Of a stretch of 64,000 bases of DNA, positions 43,263 to 54,769 are shown in pieces. The position numbers and the translations under genes were made by a program. How positions within the stretch are numbered: position 1 is the stretch's first letter; each line of letters opens with the position of its first letter. The notes beneath the pieces were generated by a model. That model searched no databases, was not told the DNA's origin, and saw nothing but the letters and a program-made list of their open reading frames with translations. Source of the stretch: Methanosphaera stadtmanae (lineage in GTDB: Archaea > Methanobacteriota > Methanobacteria > Methanobacteriales > Methanobacteriaceae); contig SUTR01000003.1 of NCBI GenBank assembly GCA_015062825.1, positions 22,716 through 86,715 of the forward strand, given 5' to 3'.

Positions 43263-44558
43263 TTAACCTAATATTTCTTTCATATCATCTTCTGGGTTTG
43301 AAATCAATTTCAAGTCAAAGTTTTCAACTAGTACATTTAATATTGTTTCATCTACCCAAGCAGGAAGAACAGGTCCAATATGGATATTGGTGAGACCTAA
43401 TGATAATAAACTCCAAAGTATTGAAACTGCTTTTTGTTCCATCCAGCTTAATACAAATGTTACAGGCAAGTCATTTAATCCCATATCAAATACTTCTGTA
43501 AGTGCTGTTAGTATCTCTGCTCCTACAATTGCATCGTTACATTGTCCTAGGTCAATGTGTCTTGGTATGCCTTCAATATCACCTAAGTCTAGGTCGTTAA
43601 ATCTGTATTTTCCACAACCTACTGATAGTATGACTGTGTCTTCAGGTAATTGTTTTGCAAAGTCTGTGTAATATGACATTTTAGGATTTGGTAGGTCACA
43701 TCCACCCATTACGAAGAAGTGTTTAATTTTACCGGCTAGTACTAATTCCTTGATTTTATCTGCAAGTCCTAGTACAGTGTCTGCTCCAAATCCTGTAGTG
43801 TATGTTGTTTTTTCTTCATCTTCTAATTCAGGTAATGATAATGCTTGTTCTATTATCTGTGAAAAGTCATAATCATCGATATGTGGTACATCTGGTAATT
43901 GTGCAATTCCTGATGTGTATATTCTATCTTTGTAGCTGTCTAATGGGATTAATCCGCAGTTTGTTGTGACAAGTATTGGTATGTTGTATTTTGCAAAGAT
44001 TTCTTTCTGGTCAAACCATGGTCCGCCTAATTGTCCTTTAAGGTGTTCATATTTTCTTAGTTCTGGATATCCATGTGCTATTAGCATTTCACTGTGTGTG
44101 TATATGTTTATTCCTTTTCCTTCTGTCTGTTTTAATAGTTCTTCTAATACTTTAAGGTCATGGCCTGTAACGAGTATTCCATGTCCTTTGCTTGATCCTT
44201 TTTCAACTACTGCTGGTTCTGGCTGACCATAATTTTCTATATGTGCTTCTTTTAGTCCTGCCATTGCTTTTATGTTCATTTGTCCTGATTCTATTGCCAT
44301 GTCAATAAAGCTTTGTATGTCGAAGTTTACATTGGTCAATGTTGAATATAATGCTTTGGTTATAAATGCATCAATTTCTTCATCTTTTTTACCAAATTCT
44401 TCCATTTGGTATTTGTATGCAGCTATTCCTTTAATTGAAAATATCAAATTGTCTTGTAGTCTTGCTAAGGTTTCGTTTTTTCCACATACTCCTGCTATTT
44501 TACATCCTTCTGCATTCACTGTTTGTGAACATTGATAACAGAACATTTCATTATTCAT
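43263..44558 (-). CDS. hcp: Hybrid cluster protein (short, class III-like length)
   Basis: MFCYQCSQT...GVCGK, LVTGHD, YTHSEML, TTNC, GGCD, GCGKY, GQCND, WMEQKA. Confidence 0.95.
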   Translation of the reverse strand: MNNEMFCYQCSQTVNAEGCKIAGVCGKNETLARLQDNLIFSIKGIAAYKYQMEEFGKKDEEIDAFITKALYSTLTNVNFDIQSFIDMAIESGQMNIKAMAGLKEAHIENYGQPEPAVVEKGSSKGHGILVTGHDLKVLEELLKQTEGKGINIYTHSEMLIAHGYPELRKYEHLKGQLGGPWFDQKEIFAKYNIPILVTTNCGLIPLDSYKDRIYTSGIAQLPDVPHIDDYDFSQIIEQALSLPELEDEEKTTYTTGFGADTVLGLADKIKELVLAGKIKHFFVMGGCDLPNPKMSYYTDFAKQLPEDTVILSVGCGKYRFNDLDLGDIEGIPRHIDLGQCNDAIVGAEILTALTEVFDMGLNDLPVTFVLSWMEQKAVSILWSLLSLGLTNIHIGPVLPAWVDETILNVLVENFDLKLISNPEDDMKEILG

Positions 44559-44603
44559 ATATTTCACCTATTATTTTTATGCTATTATATTTTATTAAAA
44601 ACC

Positions 44604-44632
44604 TATATAAATTTATGTCACTATGTTAGTGA
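44604..44632 (-). promoter_or_regulatory. hcp TATA box with adjacent inverted repeat TCACTA-N3-TAGTGA
   Basis: Minus-strand TTTATATA at 44604-11; perfect 6-bp inverted repeat at 44618-32. Confidence 0.5.
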
Positions 44633-44695
44633 AATGGGAACATTTATATTCTTTTAAAATATATTCATTATTATAACTAAAAGATTTTGGTGAGC

Positions 44696-45466
44696 ATGAT
44701 GTATGAAAACAATTTGGAAATACTTAAAAAGATTGGCCTAACTGATTATGAATCAAGGACATATCTGGCATTAATATCATTGGTATCTGCAAAGGCTGAT
44801 GAGGCCAGTAAGAAATCGGGTGTTCCACGTTCAAAGATATATCCAGTACTTGAAAAACTGGAAAAAAAGGAATTGATAACAATAAAACAGGGAAGACCAT
44901 TAATATATACAGCTATCAATCCATCGGAATCTTTAAATAATTATAAAAAAAAGTTACTAAGGGATTTGGATATAATAGAAGATAACCTAACAAAGATATA
45001 TGAAAGTGAATTGCCACAGGTAAACATGCCAGTTTTATCAATAGAAGACAAAAACAAAATAATAAAAAAACAAGAAGAACTACTTAGACGATCTAAAAAG
45101 ACATTACTCATCAGATTAGGATTTATACTACCTGAAGAGGTTAATAAAATAAAAAAACTAATAATTAGTGCATTAAACAATAATATTCATGTAAAAATAT
45201 TAGCAGTAAGGGAATTTATGATAAATAACCAAACAATAAGTATCGAGGAGTTATTTTCAGATGTGGATGTTGAGATAAAATATGTCAATCTACCAGCGGC
45301 AATGTTAATAGTCAAGGATTATAATGAAATGCTCTTGGTATTTGCAGAGAATTCGGGAAAATCAATATTAAATGCCAATATGGTAGGATTATATAATACA
45401 TATTCTGCAATCATATCCAATTATTCATCAGCATTTAACAAGCAATGGTCAAAAGTTAAAAGTTAA
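44696..45466 (+). CDS. TrmB-family transcriptional regulator
   Basis: LKKIGLTDYESRTYLAL...SGVPRSKIYPVLEKLEKKELI..GRPLIY. Confidence 0.9.
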   Translation: MMYENNLEILKKIGLTDYESRTYLALISLVSAKADEASKKSGVPRSKIYPVLEKLEKKELITIKQGRPLIYTAINPSESLNNYKKKLLRDLDIIEDNLTKIYESELPQVNMPVLSIEDKNKIIKKQEELLRRSKKTLLIRLGFILPEEVNKIKKLIISALNNNIHVKILAVREFMINNQTISIEELFSDVDVEIKYVNLPAAMLIVKDYNEMLLVFAENSGKSILNANMVGLYNTYSAIISNYSSAFNKQWSKVKS

Positions 45467-46332
45467 GATAATCTCTTCTTTTGAACTACTTTATTACCAT
45501 TTTCAACCCCAATTTCTCGTGCAATCGTATTACATTTGGCTGTTAAAAGAAAGTAAACGGGACTTTTAATATGCATTTCAGTAAGTCCTTCATAATTTCC
45601 CATACCCTTGCTAATAATCAAATCCACTTCATCAAGTAACATATGAAGTTCATCAGAAATATATGCATTAACCACACCAACGGAACGTGCACCAGTTGTT
45701 ATCAATGTAGCATACTTATCCAAATCTAAATCTTTCGCATCCTTCATCAAAGCATCATTTAAAATAGGACCTTCTTTTAATGCTAGTATAATTTCCAAAT
45801 CGTAATCCTCCTTAATCTTTTGAATTAACAGTTTGTCAAATACGATTTCTCCACCATTGTCAGCAAGGTACAATATTCTATTAGCATTCTCTAATTCCTT
45901 TTCCAGTAGTGCAATATCGTTTATCACAGGCTCTTCCACAATCTTATCTCTAATGAGTTTTTCCATATCTGTATCTTCTTCCAAAGCACCAAAATCAATT
46001 ATGTTTCCGGCTACTGCAATTTTCACATAATTTTCAAAGCTAGGGTCTTCTTGTATAATTTCTTTGGCTTTTGGCATTAGCTTTAATCCAATTCGGTTAC
46101 CTTCTTCTCTAAGCATTTTATATGGATCATCATTTCCTGTTTCCTTCATTATTAAGTGATGCAAATCAGTTCCTAATTTATTGGAATTAACATCTTTTTT
46201 AAAGTTTTTGTCCATGAATTCAAGTACCTTTAAAGTTGATTTCATTCGTATTTTGTTAGATTCTGTTGCATGTTCTATAGCTTCACGGGACTGTCTTAAC
46301 ATACATGATGCACATTCATAATTAACCTTCAC
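45463..46332 (-). CDS. DUF89/ARMT1-like damage-control phosphatase
   Basis: CASC, DPY, AGNIIDFG, YLADNGGE..FD, PILNDA, KGMGNYE. Confidence 0.9.
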   Translation of the reverse strand: MKVNYECASCMLRQSREAIEHATESNKIRMKSTLKVLEFMDKNFKKDVNSNKLGTDLHHLIMKETGNDDPYKMLREEGNRIGLKLMPKAKEIIQEDPSFENYVKIAVAGNIIDFGALEEDTDMEKLIRDKIVEEPVINDIALLEKELENANRILYLADNGGEIVFDKLLIQKIKEDYDLEIILALKEGPILNDALMKDAKDLDLDKYATLITTGARSVGVVNAYISDELHMLLDEVDLIISKGMGNYEGLTEMHIKSPVYFLLTAKCNTIAREIGVENGNKVVQKKRLS

Positions 46333-46526
46333 ATTATCATTCCATATCTTGTCATTTTATTTTAATATTATATTTGTATCTAATATGATTATTGATTTTC
46401 GATATTTTTCTTATATTTAACTTAATTGTCATTTATTTAACAAAAATATAAGTATTTCAAAAACGATATCTATTAGTATAATATAATAATTTTTAACTTT
46501 CAACTTCGATTTTAGAATTTAATTAT

Positions 46527-47942
46527 ATGATGGGGATCATTAAATTGCAAGATAGTTTCCAAGATAAATGTGGTATTGTTGGTATATACTCCTTTGATGA
46601 ATCAGTAGATGTTTCATCATGGATTTATTCAGGATTATATACTTTACAACATAGAGGGCAGGAATCTGCTGGAATCAGCGTATTTAAAGAAGGACGTATT
46701 AATACTCATGTGGGGATGGGTTTAGTTTCGGATGTATTTGATAATGATTTATTAGATATACTTAATGGTAATGTAGGTATTGGTCATGTACGTTATTCAA
46801 CAACAGGTAAATCTGAATTGGACAATGGTCAACCTTTTGTTGAACATGAAGATAATATTACCATAGCAGAAGCACATAACGGTGACATAGTAAATTCAGC
46901 ATTATTGCGAGAAGAACTAATAAGTCAAGGATATGATTTCAGATCAACAACCGATTCAGAAGTAATATGTCATTTAATAATCGATGAATTCAATAAATGT
47001 GGCGATGCAGTAGAATCAATTAAGGCAGCATGTAAAAAATTAATAGGTTCATATTCATTTGTTGTTGTAATAAACGGCATACTATATGCTGTACGTGATC
47101 CATTAGGCATGAAGCCATTGGCATTAGGGGGAGATGATGAATTTATAGTCATAGCATCAGAAACCGTTGCATTTGATTCATTGGATATGGAATATAATCG
47201 TACTATAGAACCTGGAGAAATATTGGAAATAGATAATGGAGAAATGAACAGTTATTATTTACCAAAATCTGAACATACTGCAAACTGTATGTTTGAATAT
47301 TTATACTTTGCAAGACCAGACAGCATAATTTTTGATAAAAGCGTATATGATGTTCGTTTAAATATAGGTAAACAATTGGCTGAGGAATATCCTATTGATG
47401 GTGATGTTGTAATTGCAGTGCCTGATTCAGCAATTCCTGCCACATTATCTTATTCAAGACATTCTGGTATACCATATGCTGAAGGATTAATAAAAAATCG
47501 TTATGTTGGAAGAACATTCATCATGCCTACACAGAAAGATAGGGATATTGCAGTAAAGTTAAAGATGAATACGGTTGATGCAGTAGTAAAAGATAAACGG
47601 GTAATAGTATTGGATGATAGTGTAGTAAGGGGTACTACATCCAGAACTATTATTAAAATGTTACGTGATGCCGGTGCAAAGGAAGTTCATCTGTTGATTG
47701 GATGTCCTGAAATTATCTCTCAATGTTATTATGGTATTGCAATGGCTACAAAAGAAGAACTTATAGCAGTAGGACGTACAAATGAAGAAATACGTGATGA
47801 AATAGGTGTTGACTCAATAGGCTATATCAGTATAGAAGGATTGGTTAAATCTATTGGTACACCAAGGGAAGACTTATGTTTAGGTTGTATAACTGGCGAT
47901 TATCCTACAATTATACCACCTGAATTGGAAAAAGAAGATTAA
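46527..47942 (+). CDS. purF: Amidophosphoribosyltransferase (true start may be TTG 46545)
   Basis: [42 protein letters not shown]. Confidence 0.97.
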   Translation: MMGIIKLQDSFQDKCGIVGIYSFDESVDVSSWIYSGLYTLQHRGQESAGISVFKEGRINTHVGMGLVSDVFDNDLLDILNGNVGIGHVRYSTTGKSELDNGQPFVEHEDNITIAEAHNGDIVNSALLREELISQGYDFRSTTDSEVICHLIIDEFNKCGDAVESIKAACKKLIGSYSFVVVINGILYAVRDPLGMKPLALGGDDEFIVIASETVAFDSLDMEYNRTIEPGEILEIDNGEMNSYYLPKSEHTANCMFEYLYFARPDSIIFDKSVYDVRLNIGKQLAEEYPIDGDVVIAVPDSAIPATLSYSRHSGIPYAEGLIKNRYVGRTFIMPTQKDRDIAVKLKMNTVDAVVKDKRVIVLDDSVVRGTTSRTIIKMLRDAGAKEVHLLIGCPEIISQCYYGIAMATKEELIAVGRTNEEIRDEIGVDSIGYISIEGLVKSIGTPREDLCLGCITGDYPTIIPPELEKED

Positions 47943-47992
47943 CTTCTTCTAAAACTTTTTTTTATAATATTATTATTTATTGGATTGATTTA

Positions 47993-49210
47993 ATGGTTGA
48001 ATTATTAGCACCTGCTAAGGATAAGCGTTGTGTAAGTGCGGCATTAAATAATCATGCAGACAGTATATATGTTGGTATAACTGATTATAATATGCGTGCA
48101 AATGTAGCAAATATTTCTCTGGATGATATTAAGGACATTGCAAAACAGTGTCATGATGCTGGTAAATTATTATATGTATGTACAAATACTATTGTAGATG
48201 ATAATCAACTGGATAAATATAAAAAGCAATTATCCAAACTTGAAACATATGATGTAGATGCATTGATAATAGCAGATATGGGTATGATAAATATAGCAAA
48301 GGACTCCTCAATACCCTTGCATTTAAGTGTACAGGCAAACATTACTAATACTGAAGCGTTAAAGTTATATAAGGAATTAGGAGTTACACGTGCAGTTTTA
48401 TCCAGGGAATTGTCATTGAATGATATTAAAGCAATCAAAAAGAAATCTCCAATAGAAATTGAAACATTCATTCATGGGGCAATGTGTGTAGCAGTGTCAG
48501 GCCGGTGTTTTTTAAGTTCATATTTCTATGATAGAAATGCAAACTGTGGTGAATGTCTGCAGCCATGCAGACAGGAATGGAAGATTCAGTCAACTGAGGA
48601 TAAACAGTTAATCCTAACTAATCCTGAGGATAATGCCCTTGAAAAATCACGTCTATTAAGTCCAAGGGATATGTGCATGATAGAACATATACCAGAGCTA
48701 ATTGATGCAAAGATAGATGCATTTAAAATTGAAGGAAGAGCAAGAGCACCAGATTATGTTGCCACAACAGTAAAATGTTATTCAGATGCAATAAAACTAT
48801 ATCAGTCAGGTAATTGGGATAACTTATCATCTGAATATATGCCACAATGGATGAATGAATTGAAAAGTGTATTTAATAGGGGTTTTGACACGGGTTTTTA
48901 CTTTAGAGTTCCGAAAAAAACCAGCTATGACAATCAGGCAACATATAAGAAGGTTGACATAGGACAAATAACCAATTATTACAAAAAGATTAACGTAGCA
49001 GAAGTAAAGCTATGGGATGAATTAAAGATAGGCGATTCCATAATTATTCAGGGAAATAAGACAGGCAGTGTAACTGAAGAAATTACTTCTATGCAAGTTG
49101 ATGGTAAAAATGTAGATTCAATAAGTCAGGGACTTGTTGGAATAAAGTTTAAAAATATTGTACGTGAAAATGATCATGTTTATAAGAAAGTAGAATTAAA
49201 TGGGGAGTAG
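47993..49210 (+). CDS. Peptidase U32-family Fe-S protein
   Basis: [52 protein letters not shown]. Confidence 0.9.
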   Translation: MVELLAPAKDKRCVSAALNNHADSIYVGITDYNMRANVANISLDDIKDIAKQCHDAGKLLYVCTNTIVDDNQLDKYKKQLSKLETYDVDALIIADMGMINIAKDSSIPLHLSVQANITNTEALKLYKELGVTRAVLSRELSLNDIKAIKKKSPIEIETFIHGAMCVAVSGRCFLSSYFYDRNANCGECLQPCRQEWKIQSTEDKQLILTNPEDNALEKSRLLSPRDMCMIEHIPELIDAKIDAFKIEGRARAPDYVATTVKCYSDAIKLYQSGNWDNLSSEYMPQWMNELKSVFNRGFDTGFYFRVPKKTSYDNQATYKKVDIGQITNYYKKINVAEVKLWDELKIGDSIIIQGNKTGSVTEEITSMQVDGKNVDSISQGLVGIKFKNIVRENDHVYKKVELNGE

Positions 49211-49217
49211 AAATATT

Positions 49218-50009
49218 ATGGTGAAGAAGAAAATAGCAATATATGGAAAAGGTGGAATTGGAAAGTCAACGACTGTATCAAATATAGCTGCCAGCTTTGA
49301 TGATTTGACATTTGTAATAGGATGTGATCCTAAGGCAGATACTACAAGAACTCTTGTTGGAAAACGTATTCCCACAATACTAGATACCATTAGAACAAAT
49401 AAGCAACCGGAGCTTGAAGAAATATTGTATGATGGATATAACAATACGTTATGTGTGGAATCTGGTGGTCCGGAGCCTGGTGTAGGATGTGCTGGACGTG
49501 GTGTAATAGTTGCTATGAAACTGCTTGATCAATTGGGAGCATTTGAATCAGATCCTGACTTGGTCATTTATGATGTATTGGGTGATGTTGTATGTGGTGG
49601 TTTCAGTGTACCGTTAAGGGAAGAATATGCAGATGAAGTATATATTGTAACTAGTGGTGAATACATGTCATTATATGCGGCAAACAATATTGCAAAGGGT
49701 GTTCAAAAGCTTAATGGTAAACTTGGTGGAATAATATGCAATTGTCGTAACGTAGAGGATGAAATAGAAATAGTCACGGAATTTGCAGCATTGCTTAAAA
49801 CGAAGGTTATTGGTGTTATACCAAGAAGTCAACTAGTACAGACTAGTGAATTTCAGGCAAAAACAGTTATTGAAGTATTTCCAGATTCACAGCAGGCCGA
49901 AGAATATCGTAAGCTAACTAAAAATATCATGGAAAATGATGATTTTGTATCACCAACACCTATGCAATCAGATGAATTTGAGAAGTTTTTCTATTCCTAT
50001 GTTCATTAA
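49218..50009 (+). CDS. cfbC: NifH-like CfbC (coenzyme F430 biosynthesis reductase)
   Basis: [31 protein letters not shown] plus [22 protein letters not shown]; short (~263 aa); follows purF-U32. Confidence 0.82.
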   Translation: MVKKKIAIYGKGGIGKSTTVSNIAASFDDLTFVIGCDPKADTTRTLVGKRIPTILDTIRTNKQPELEEILYDGYNNTLCVESGGPEPGVGCAGRGVIVAMKLLDQLGAFESDPDLVIYDVLGDVVCGGFSVPLREEYADEVYIVTSGEYMSLYAANNIAKGVQKLNGKLGGIICNCRNVEDEIEIVTEFAALLKTKVIGVIPRSQLVQTSEFQAKTVIEVFPDSQQAEEYRKLTKNIMENDDFVSPTPMQSDEFEKFFYSYVH

Positions 50010-50458
50010 AACCATTTCATTGGTTTTAATTCTATTTTTTCAAATGATTCTATAATAACATTTTCAGCCTCATCAAAACTATCAAAATAATATAAATGAG
50101 ACATGCAATTACAGTCACTACAACCAAAATCTTCAATATATTTATTCGTATTTTTGTTAATATAATTTGACATTTCACATTCAATTTTTTTAGTTGAGAA
50201 TGTATATATCACTTGCTTAATATCCACATTTTTATTAAGACTAAAATAATCCATATGCCAATGCTTCTTCTTGTCACTTGACAAATGTCTTTCAATTCTC
50301 TTGGTAAGATTAGACAATGCACTTCCTACATATACATAATAGCCTTCAGGAAAATTCATAAAACCTTTGGCACCAATCTTAATTTTACAATCCTTTTCAA
50401 CATAAATTATTAAACAGTAACTACCCTTGTTTGGAAGATCATCATTATTCATATACAA
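50006..50458 (-). CDS. GIY-YIG / Uri-superfamily (DUF123-like) nuclease
   Basis: [39 protein letters not shown]. Confidence 0.85.
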   Translation of the reverse strand: MYMNNDDLPNKGSYCLIIYVEKDCKIKIGAKGFMNFPEGYYVYVGSALSNLTKRIERHLSSDKKKHWHMDYFSLNKNVDIKQVIYTFSTKKIECEMSNYINKNTNKYIEDFGCSDCNCMSHLYYFDSFDEAENVIIESFEKIELKPMKWF

Positions 50459-50519
50459 TATTATAAAACAAATAAGATTTAAAACTTCTTAAAAACATAA
50501 TAATAAATAAGTGATTATC

Positions 50520-50882
50520 ATGGAAGAATCTATTGAAAATAATCTATCAAATGATGATGCTAATATAACAAGATACATCTCAACAATATTGTTGTCATCA
50601 ATAACATATACCTTGATAGCTTTAAGTACTAATATTCAAATTACAGAAATATTGGACTTGGAACTACCATTGTTAGTGGTATTATCATTAATAATAACAT
50701 ATTTTTCATTAAATGGATATAAGAAAATTATATATATTATATTTATTGCATTGACTATTGTTACACTTATACGAACACCACAATATTCGTTTTTTATCAT
50801 GATTGCTCTATTTTCAGAGTTGGTTGTAGAAATATTAATTAAAATATTCAACAACAAAGATGACTATCAGATAAACAAATAA
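50520..50882 (+). CDS. Hypothetical membrane protein (about 4 TM)
   Basis: Open frame with hydrophobic segments, upstream of DUF371. Confidence 0.55.
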   Translation: MEESIENNLSNDDANITRYISTILLSSITYTLIALSTNIQITEILDLELPLLVVLSLIITYFSLNGYKKIIYIIFIALTIVTLIRTPQYSFFIMIALFSELVVEILIKIFNNKDDYQINK

Positions 50883-50901
50883 TTCATATGGAGGAATATT
50901 T

Positions 50902-51312
50902 ATGGAATATTCATTTACTGCAACCGGACATAAAAATGTAACATCCAAACATAAATCAACATTTGAAATAACAACTGATAAATCATTAACACTAAATGGT
51001 GACTGTATAATTGGATTAAATTCCAACATAACACTAAATGACTTTCCACAGCAACTAAGGGATATTATTCAAACGGATGATTCAAAAATTGAAATGATAC
51101 TAAGGACGGAAAATGCAACTGATACAATAATAGGCTACGGATCATCACAGCTGACACTTGATCATCCAACAGATATGGTTATAAGAAAAAGCACATTTGT
51201 CTGCAGCAGAACATTAATGATAAAATCAGATAAAGCTGCAAAAGATTTGGATAAACAATTAATCAAGGATTTAAGTAATGGTTCAAAATTAGAAGTAACA
51301 ATAAAAGCTTAA
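50902..51312 (+). CDS. DUF371 family protein
   Basis: GHKNVTSKHKSTFEIT, GDCIIG, DMVIRKSTF, DKAAKDL. Confidence 0.9.
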   Translation: MEYSFTATGHKNVTSKHKSTFEITTDKSLTLNGDCIIGLNSNITLNDFPQQLRDIIQTDDSKIEMILRTENATDTIIGYGSSQLTLDHPTDMVIRKSTFVCSRTLMIKSDKAAKDLDKQLIKDLSNGSKLEVTIKA

Positions 51313-51386
51313 ATCTACTAAATACTTTTTTTTTTAAAAATAATGGTTAATTATAATTTAAAATTAGAATTTGATTATAAGTTAAG

Positions 51387-51470
<84 letters not shown>

Positions 51471-51639
51471 ATATAAAAATAGAATTTTATACTTGAATGG
51501 ATTTAACCAATACAATGACTTTAATAAAGTCTATTACACTATCTTTCTTTTATGATATATATATTTAACTATTTTTTTCTTGGAAAATTTATTTCATTAG
51601 AAAAAATTATAATGGAAGTAAGAATGAACGTAAAAAATA

Positions 51640-52500
51640 TTATTCATCCTTAGCCATTCTCATTAATGATTCCTTACATGTTTCCATCTTAAATCCTAAT
51701 TCATTTTCAATTTTAGAAACATTAAGTGATGAATCTCGTGGTCTAGGTGCTTTTTGGATAAAATTGTCACTAGTAATAGGATTAATTAGACTTTCATCCA
51801 AATCAAAACATTCAGCAACTAATCGTGTAAAGTCATATCTGCTAATCAAATCATTTCCTGCAGTATGATAAATTCCATTAGCATCCTGTCTGGCAATTTC
51901 AAACATTGCCTCAGCAGCATTGTCTGCATATGTTGGTGAATTAATCTGATCAGTTACAATATTGATTTGATTGCCTTTACGTAATTCATCTACAACCCAT
52001 GAGGTAAAATTCATACGTTCATGCCATCCATACAATACACTTACTCTTGCAACAGCCCAGTTGGATGAGTATTTCTGCAGTTGTACTTCTCCTTCATATT
52101 TACTCTTAGCGTAAATGCCTAATGGATTAACAGAATCTTCTTCCTTATAGTTACCGTTCTTTCCATCAAATACAAAATCAGTGGATACATATATGATTTT
52201 CGCATTATTTTCCTCTGCAGCCTTTGCAAGATATCCTGTTGCATTGCCGTTTATGTCATATGCTTCTTGAACTTTATCCTCACATAAATCAACATTAGTC
52301 ATAGCTGCACAATGAATGATTACATCAGGATCTTCCTTTTTAATTATATTTTTAACTTCATCTTCATTTGTAATATCACATTTAACAGTATTGTCTGTTG
52401 GATTAGAATTATGTGATAAGATTAGTTCATGTTTACTATCAGCTACAGTAGCAATCCTTTGACCTAATAGACCACTACCACCTGTCACAAAGAATTTCAT
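51640..52500 (-). CDS. rfbD: dTDP-4-dehydrorhamnose reductase
   Basis: VTGGSGLLG, HCAAMTNVD.CE, YVSTDFVFDG, YAKSK, PRPRDSSL. Confidence 0.92.
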   Translation of the reverse strand: MKFFVTGGSGLLGQRIATVADSKHELILSHNSNPTDNTVKCDITNEDEVKNIIKKEDPDVIIHCAAMTNVDLCEDKVQEAYDINGNATGYLAKAAEENNAKIIYVSTDFVFDGKNGNYKEEDSVNPLGIYAKSKYEGEVQLQKYSSNWAVARVSVLYGWHERMNFTSWVVDELRKGNQINIVTDQINSPTYADNAAEAMFEIARQDANGIYHTAGNDLISRYDFTRLVAECFDLDESLINPITSDNFIQKAPRPRDSSLNVSKIENELGFKMETCKESLMRMAKDE

Positions 52501-52568
52501 ATAATTATATGTATATTTCAAACTATAAATTATTATATGCAAATAAATTAACAGGAAGTAAATATAAC

Positions 52569-52922
52569 ATGCAGAGTATGAAAAAGGTTAAAATTACAAT
52601 TCTCAAGACAACTTTGGATGAAGAATTAGCCAAGGAATATGGTGTGGATGGATTATCATCATGTCCTCTAATGAATGAAGGTCAAGTGTTCTATGCAGAT
52701 TATGCAAAGCCTGAAGGATTTTGTGATGAAGCATGGAAGGCCATTTATCAATATGTGTTTGCACTAGCTCATGGAGCTGAAAACGTAAACTGGTACTATC
52801 ATGATTGGATTAAAAAGCCCGGTGTTGCAATAGTATCATGCAATGATGGATTAAGACCAGTCATTATGAAATTAGAAGCAACAGATATCGATTCGAAAGA
52901 GCATGATTTAGTAAGTGATTAA
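52569..52922 (+). CDS. TIGR04076-like small Cys-containing protein
   Basis: CP..EGQVF..KPEGFCDEAW...SCNDGLRPVIMKLE; family name from memory. Confidence 0.7.
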   Translation: MQSMKKVKITILKTTLDEELAKEYGVDGLSSCPLMNEGQVFYADYAKPEGFCDEAWKAIYQYVFALAHGAENVNWYYHDWIKKPGVAIVSCNDGLRPVIMKLEATDIDSKEHDLVSD

Positions 52923-53113
52923 CTATCCTATCAAAAGTGAATTGATGCATGATTATAATAGATTATAAAATAATATATTAAATTTTCTTTTTAATCAAAT
53001 CAATTAACTTTTTATCATATGTTCACTCATTTTTATTTATTTATCTAATAAAATGATTAACATTTATAATAATAACATACAAATATTATTTATATTAAGT
53101 ATTGGGTGATTCT

Positions 53114-54430
53114 ATGCGTAAACGTTTTTATACTAAACAGACTACATTTGAATTTACACATTCTGATTTATCCAAAGCTAAAGAACCACATTATTATACA
53201 GTATCTGAAATAAACACTTATATCAATCAAAAGCTCAAAAGTGATGACGTTCTGACAAATATCATGGTAAAGGGAGAAATATCCAATTACAAGACATTTA
53301 ATGGACATAGCTATTTTACTCTTAAGGATTCATCTTCACAGTTAAGTGCAGTGTTCTTCAAGGGATATAAAGTAAATTTAAAATTTGAACCCAAAGATGG
53401 TATGAATGTAATTATCACGGGTAAAATTGAAGTATATGAAAAGAATGGTCGTTATCAATTATATGTTTATGAAATAACTGAGGATGGAATAGGACAGTTA
53501 CATATAGCATATGAACAATTAAAGAATAAACTTTCCAATGAAGGTTTATTTGATGAATCCCATAAAAAGGAGATTCCAAAATATCCAAAATGCATAGGTG
53601 TTGTAACAGCATCCACCGGTGCTGCAGTAAGGGATATAATCACTACCATAAAACGACGATATCCTATATGTAAGATATTGGTATTTTCAACATTGGTACA
53701 GGGAGACTTGGCAGCAGGCCAAATTGCAAGACAAATCAGACATGCACAGGAATATAATATTGATACATTGATTGTTGGTCGTGGTGGAGGTAGCATTGAA
53801 GACTTATGGGCATTCAATGAGGAAATTGTTGCACGTGAAATATATGATTGCTCTATTCCCGTCATAAGTGCAGTAGGTCATGAAGTTGACTTTACAATAG
53901 CAGATTTTGTAGCAGACAAAAGAGCTGCAACACCAACAGCCGCTGCAGAATTATCTGTTCCGGATATTGGTGAAATTAAATATAAGTTAAATCAACTAAC
54001 TAGTAGAATAACAAACAATATGCAGGATAGAACTACAGTAAATAGGGCTAAGCTGGATGAAATTTCAAATAAGGAAATATTCAAGAATCCTATAAGTATC
54101 TGTGATGTTAAACAGATGGACTTGGATAATATAATTTCCAAGTTTGATGTACTTTCAAAGGATATAATATCAGAAAACAGAAATAAACTGTTTAAACTGG
54201 AAAATTCAACAGTTTTAAAAAATCCACAACAAATAACTAAAGATAAGAAGGAACGATATCTGCGAAATGTAGGAAAATTAGAGGTATTGAATCCATTATT
54301 AACCTTAAAAAGGGGTTATGCAATTACAAAAAGTAATAATAAAATAGTATCATCTGTAAAAGATGTTAAAGCAGGCGATCAACTGGATATAGAATTTGAT
54401 GATGGAACAGTTAATACAAGGGTGATTTAA
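53114..54430 (+). CDS. xseA: Exodeoxyribonuclease VII large subunit
   Basis: VKGEISNY..GHSYFTLKD, GVVTASTGAAVRD, GRGGGSIEDLWAFN, SAVGHEVD, RAATPTAAAE, LKRGY. Confidence 0.96.
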   Translation: MRKRFYTKQTTFEFTHSDLSKAKEPHYYTVSEINTYINQKLKSDDVLTNIMVKGEISNYKTFNGHSYFTLKDSSSQLSAVFFKGYKVNLKFEPKDGMNVIITGKIEVYEKNGRYQLYVYEITEDGIGQLHIAYEQLKNKLSNEGLFDESHKKEIPKYPKCIGVVTASTGAAVRDIITTIKRRYPICKILVFSTLVQGDLAAGQIARQIRHAQEYNIDTLIVGRGGGSIEDLWAFNEEIVAREIYDCSIPVISAVGHEVDFTIADFVADKRAATPTAAAELSVPDIGEIKYKLNQLTSRITNNMQDRTTVNRAKLDEISNKEIFKNPISICDVKQMDLDNIISKFDVLSKDIISENRNKLFKLENSTVLKNPQQITKDKKERYLRNVGKLEVLNPLLTLKRGYAITKSNNKIVSSVKDVKAGDQLDIEFDDGTVNTRVI

Positions 54431-54655
54431 ATGGAAGATTTAAGTTTTGAAGAAAGTTTAGAAAAATTAGAAGAAATAGTTAATAAATTAGAAAATGGAG
54501 ACGTACCATTGGATGATGCAATTGATGAATTTAACCAGGCAATGCAATTAGTCAAGGTATGTAATCAAAAATTAACACAGGCAGAAGAATCAATTGCAAA
54601 GATTGTTGAAGAAAATGGTGAACTTGTTGACTTTGATATAAATGAAACAGAATAA
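54431..54655 (+). CDS. xseB: Exodeoxyribonuclease VII small subunit
   Basis: SFEESLEKLEEIVNKLENGDVPLDDAI. Confidence 0.95.
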   Translation: MEDLSFEESLEKLEEIVNKLENGDVPLDDAIDEFNQAMQLVKVCNQKLTQAEESIAKIVEENGELVDFDINETE

Positions 54656-54769
54656 TCTGATGAAAATATTAATTCATGGTTATGCTTATTAAAAAATTAT
54701 TAATAATTTCATAGACAAATATATTGTTAACATAAACTAACGAAAATAATAATATTTAAGGTGAGATAT

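Noticed and set aside
49218-50009. Second NifH as part of the nitrogenase-like system
   Set aside because: Short CfbC-type sequence in the purF-U32 context, 7.6 kb away on the other strand; best explained by F430 biosynthesis
3711-50009. Tail-to-tail abutting or 4-nt overlaps (3713/3714, 18210-13, 45463-66, 50006-09) as an antisense regulatory system
   Set aside because: Shared TTAA/CTAA stop overlaps are common in compact AT-rich genomes; no further evidence
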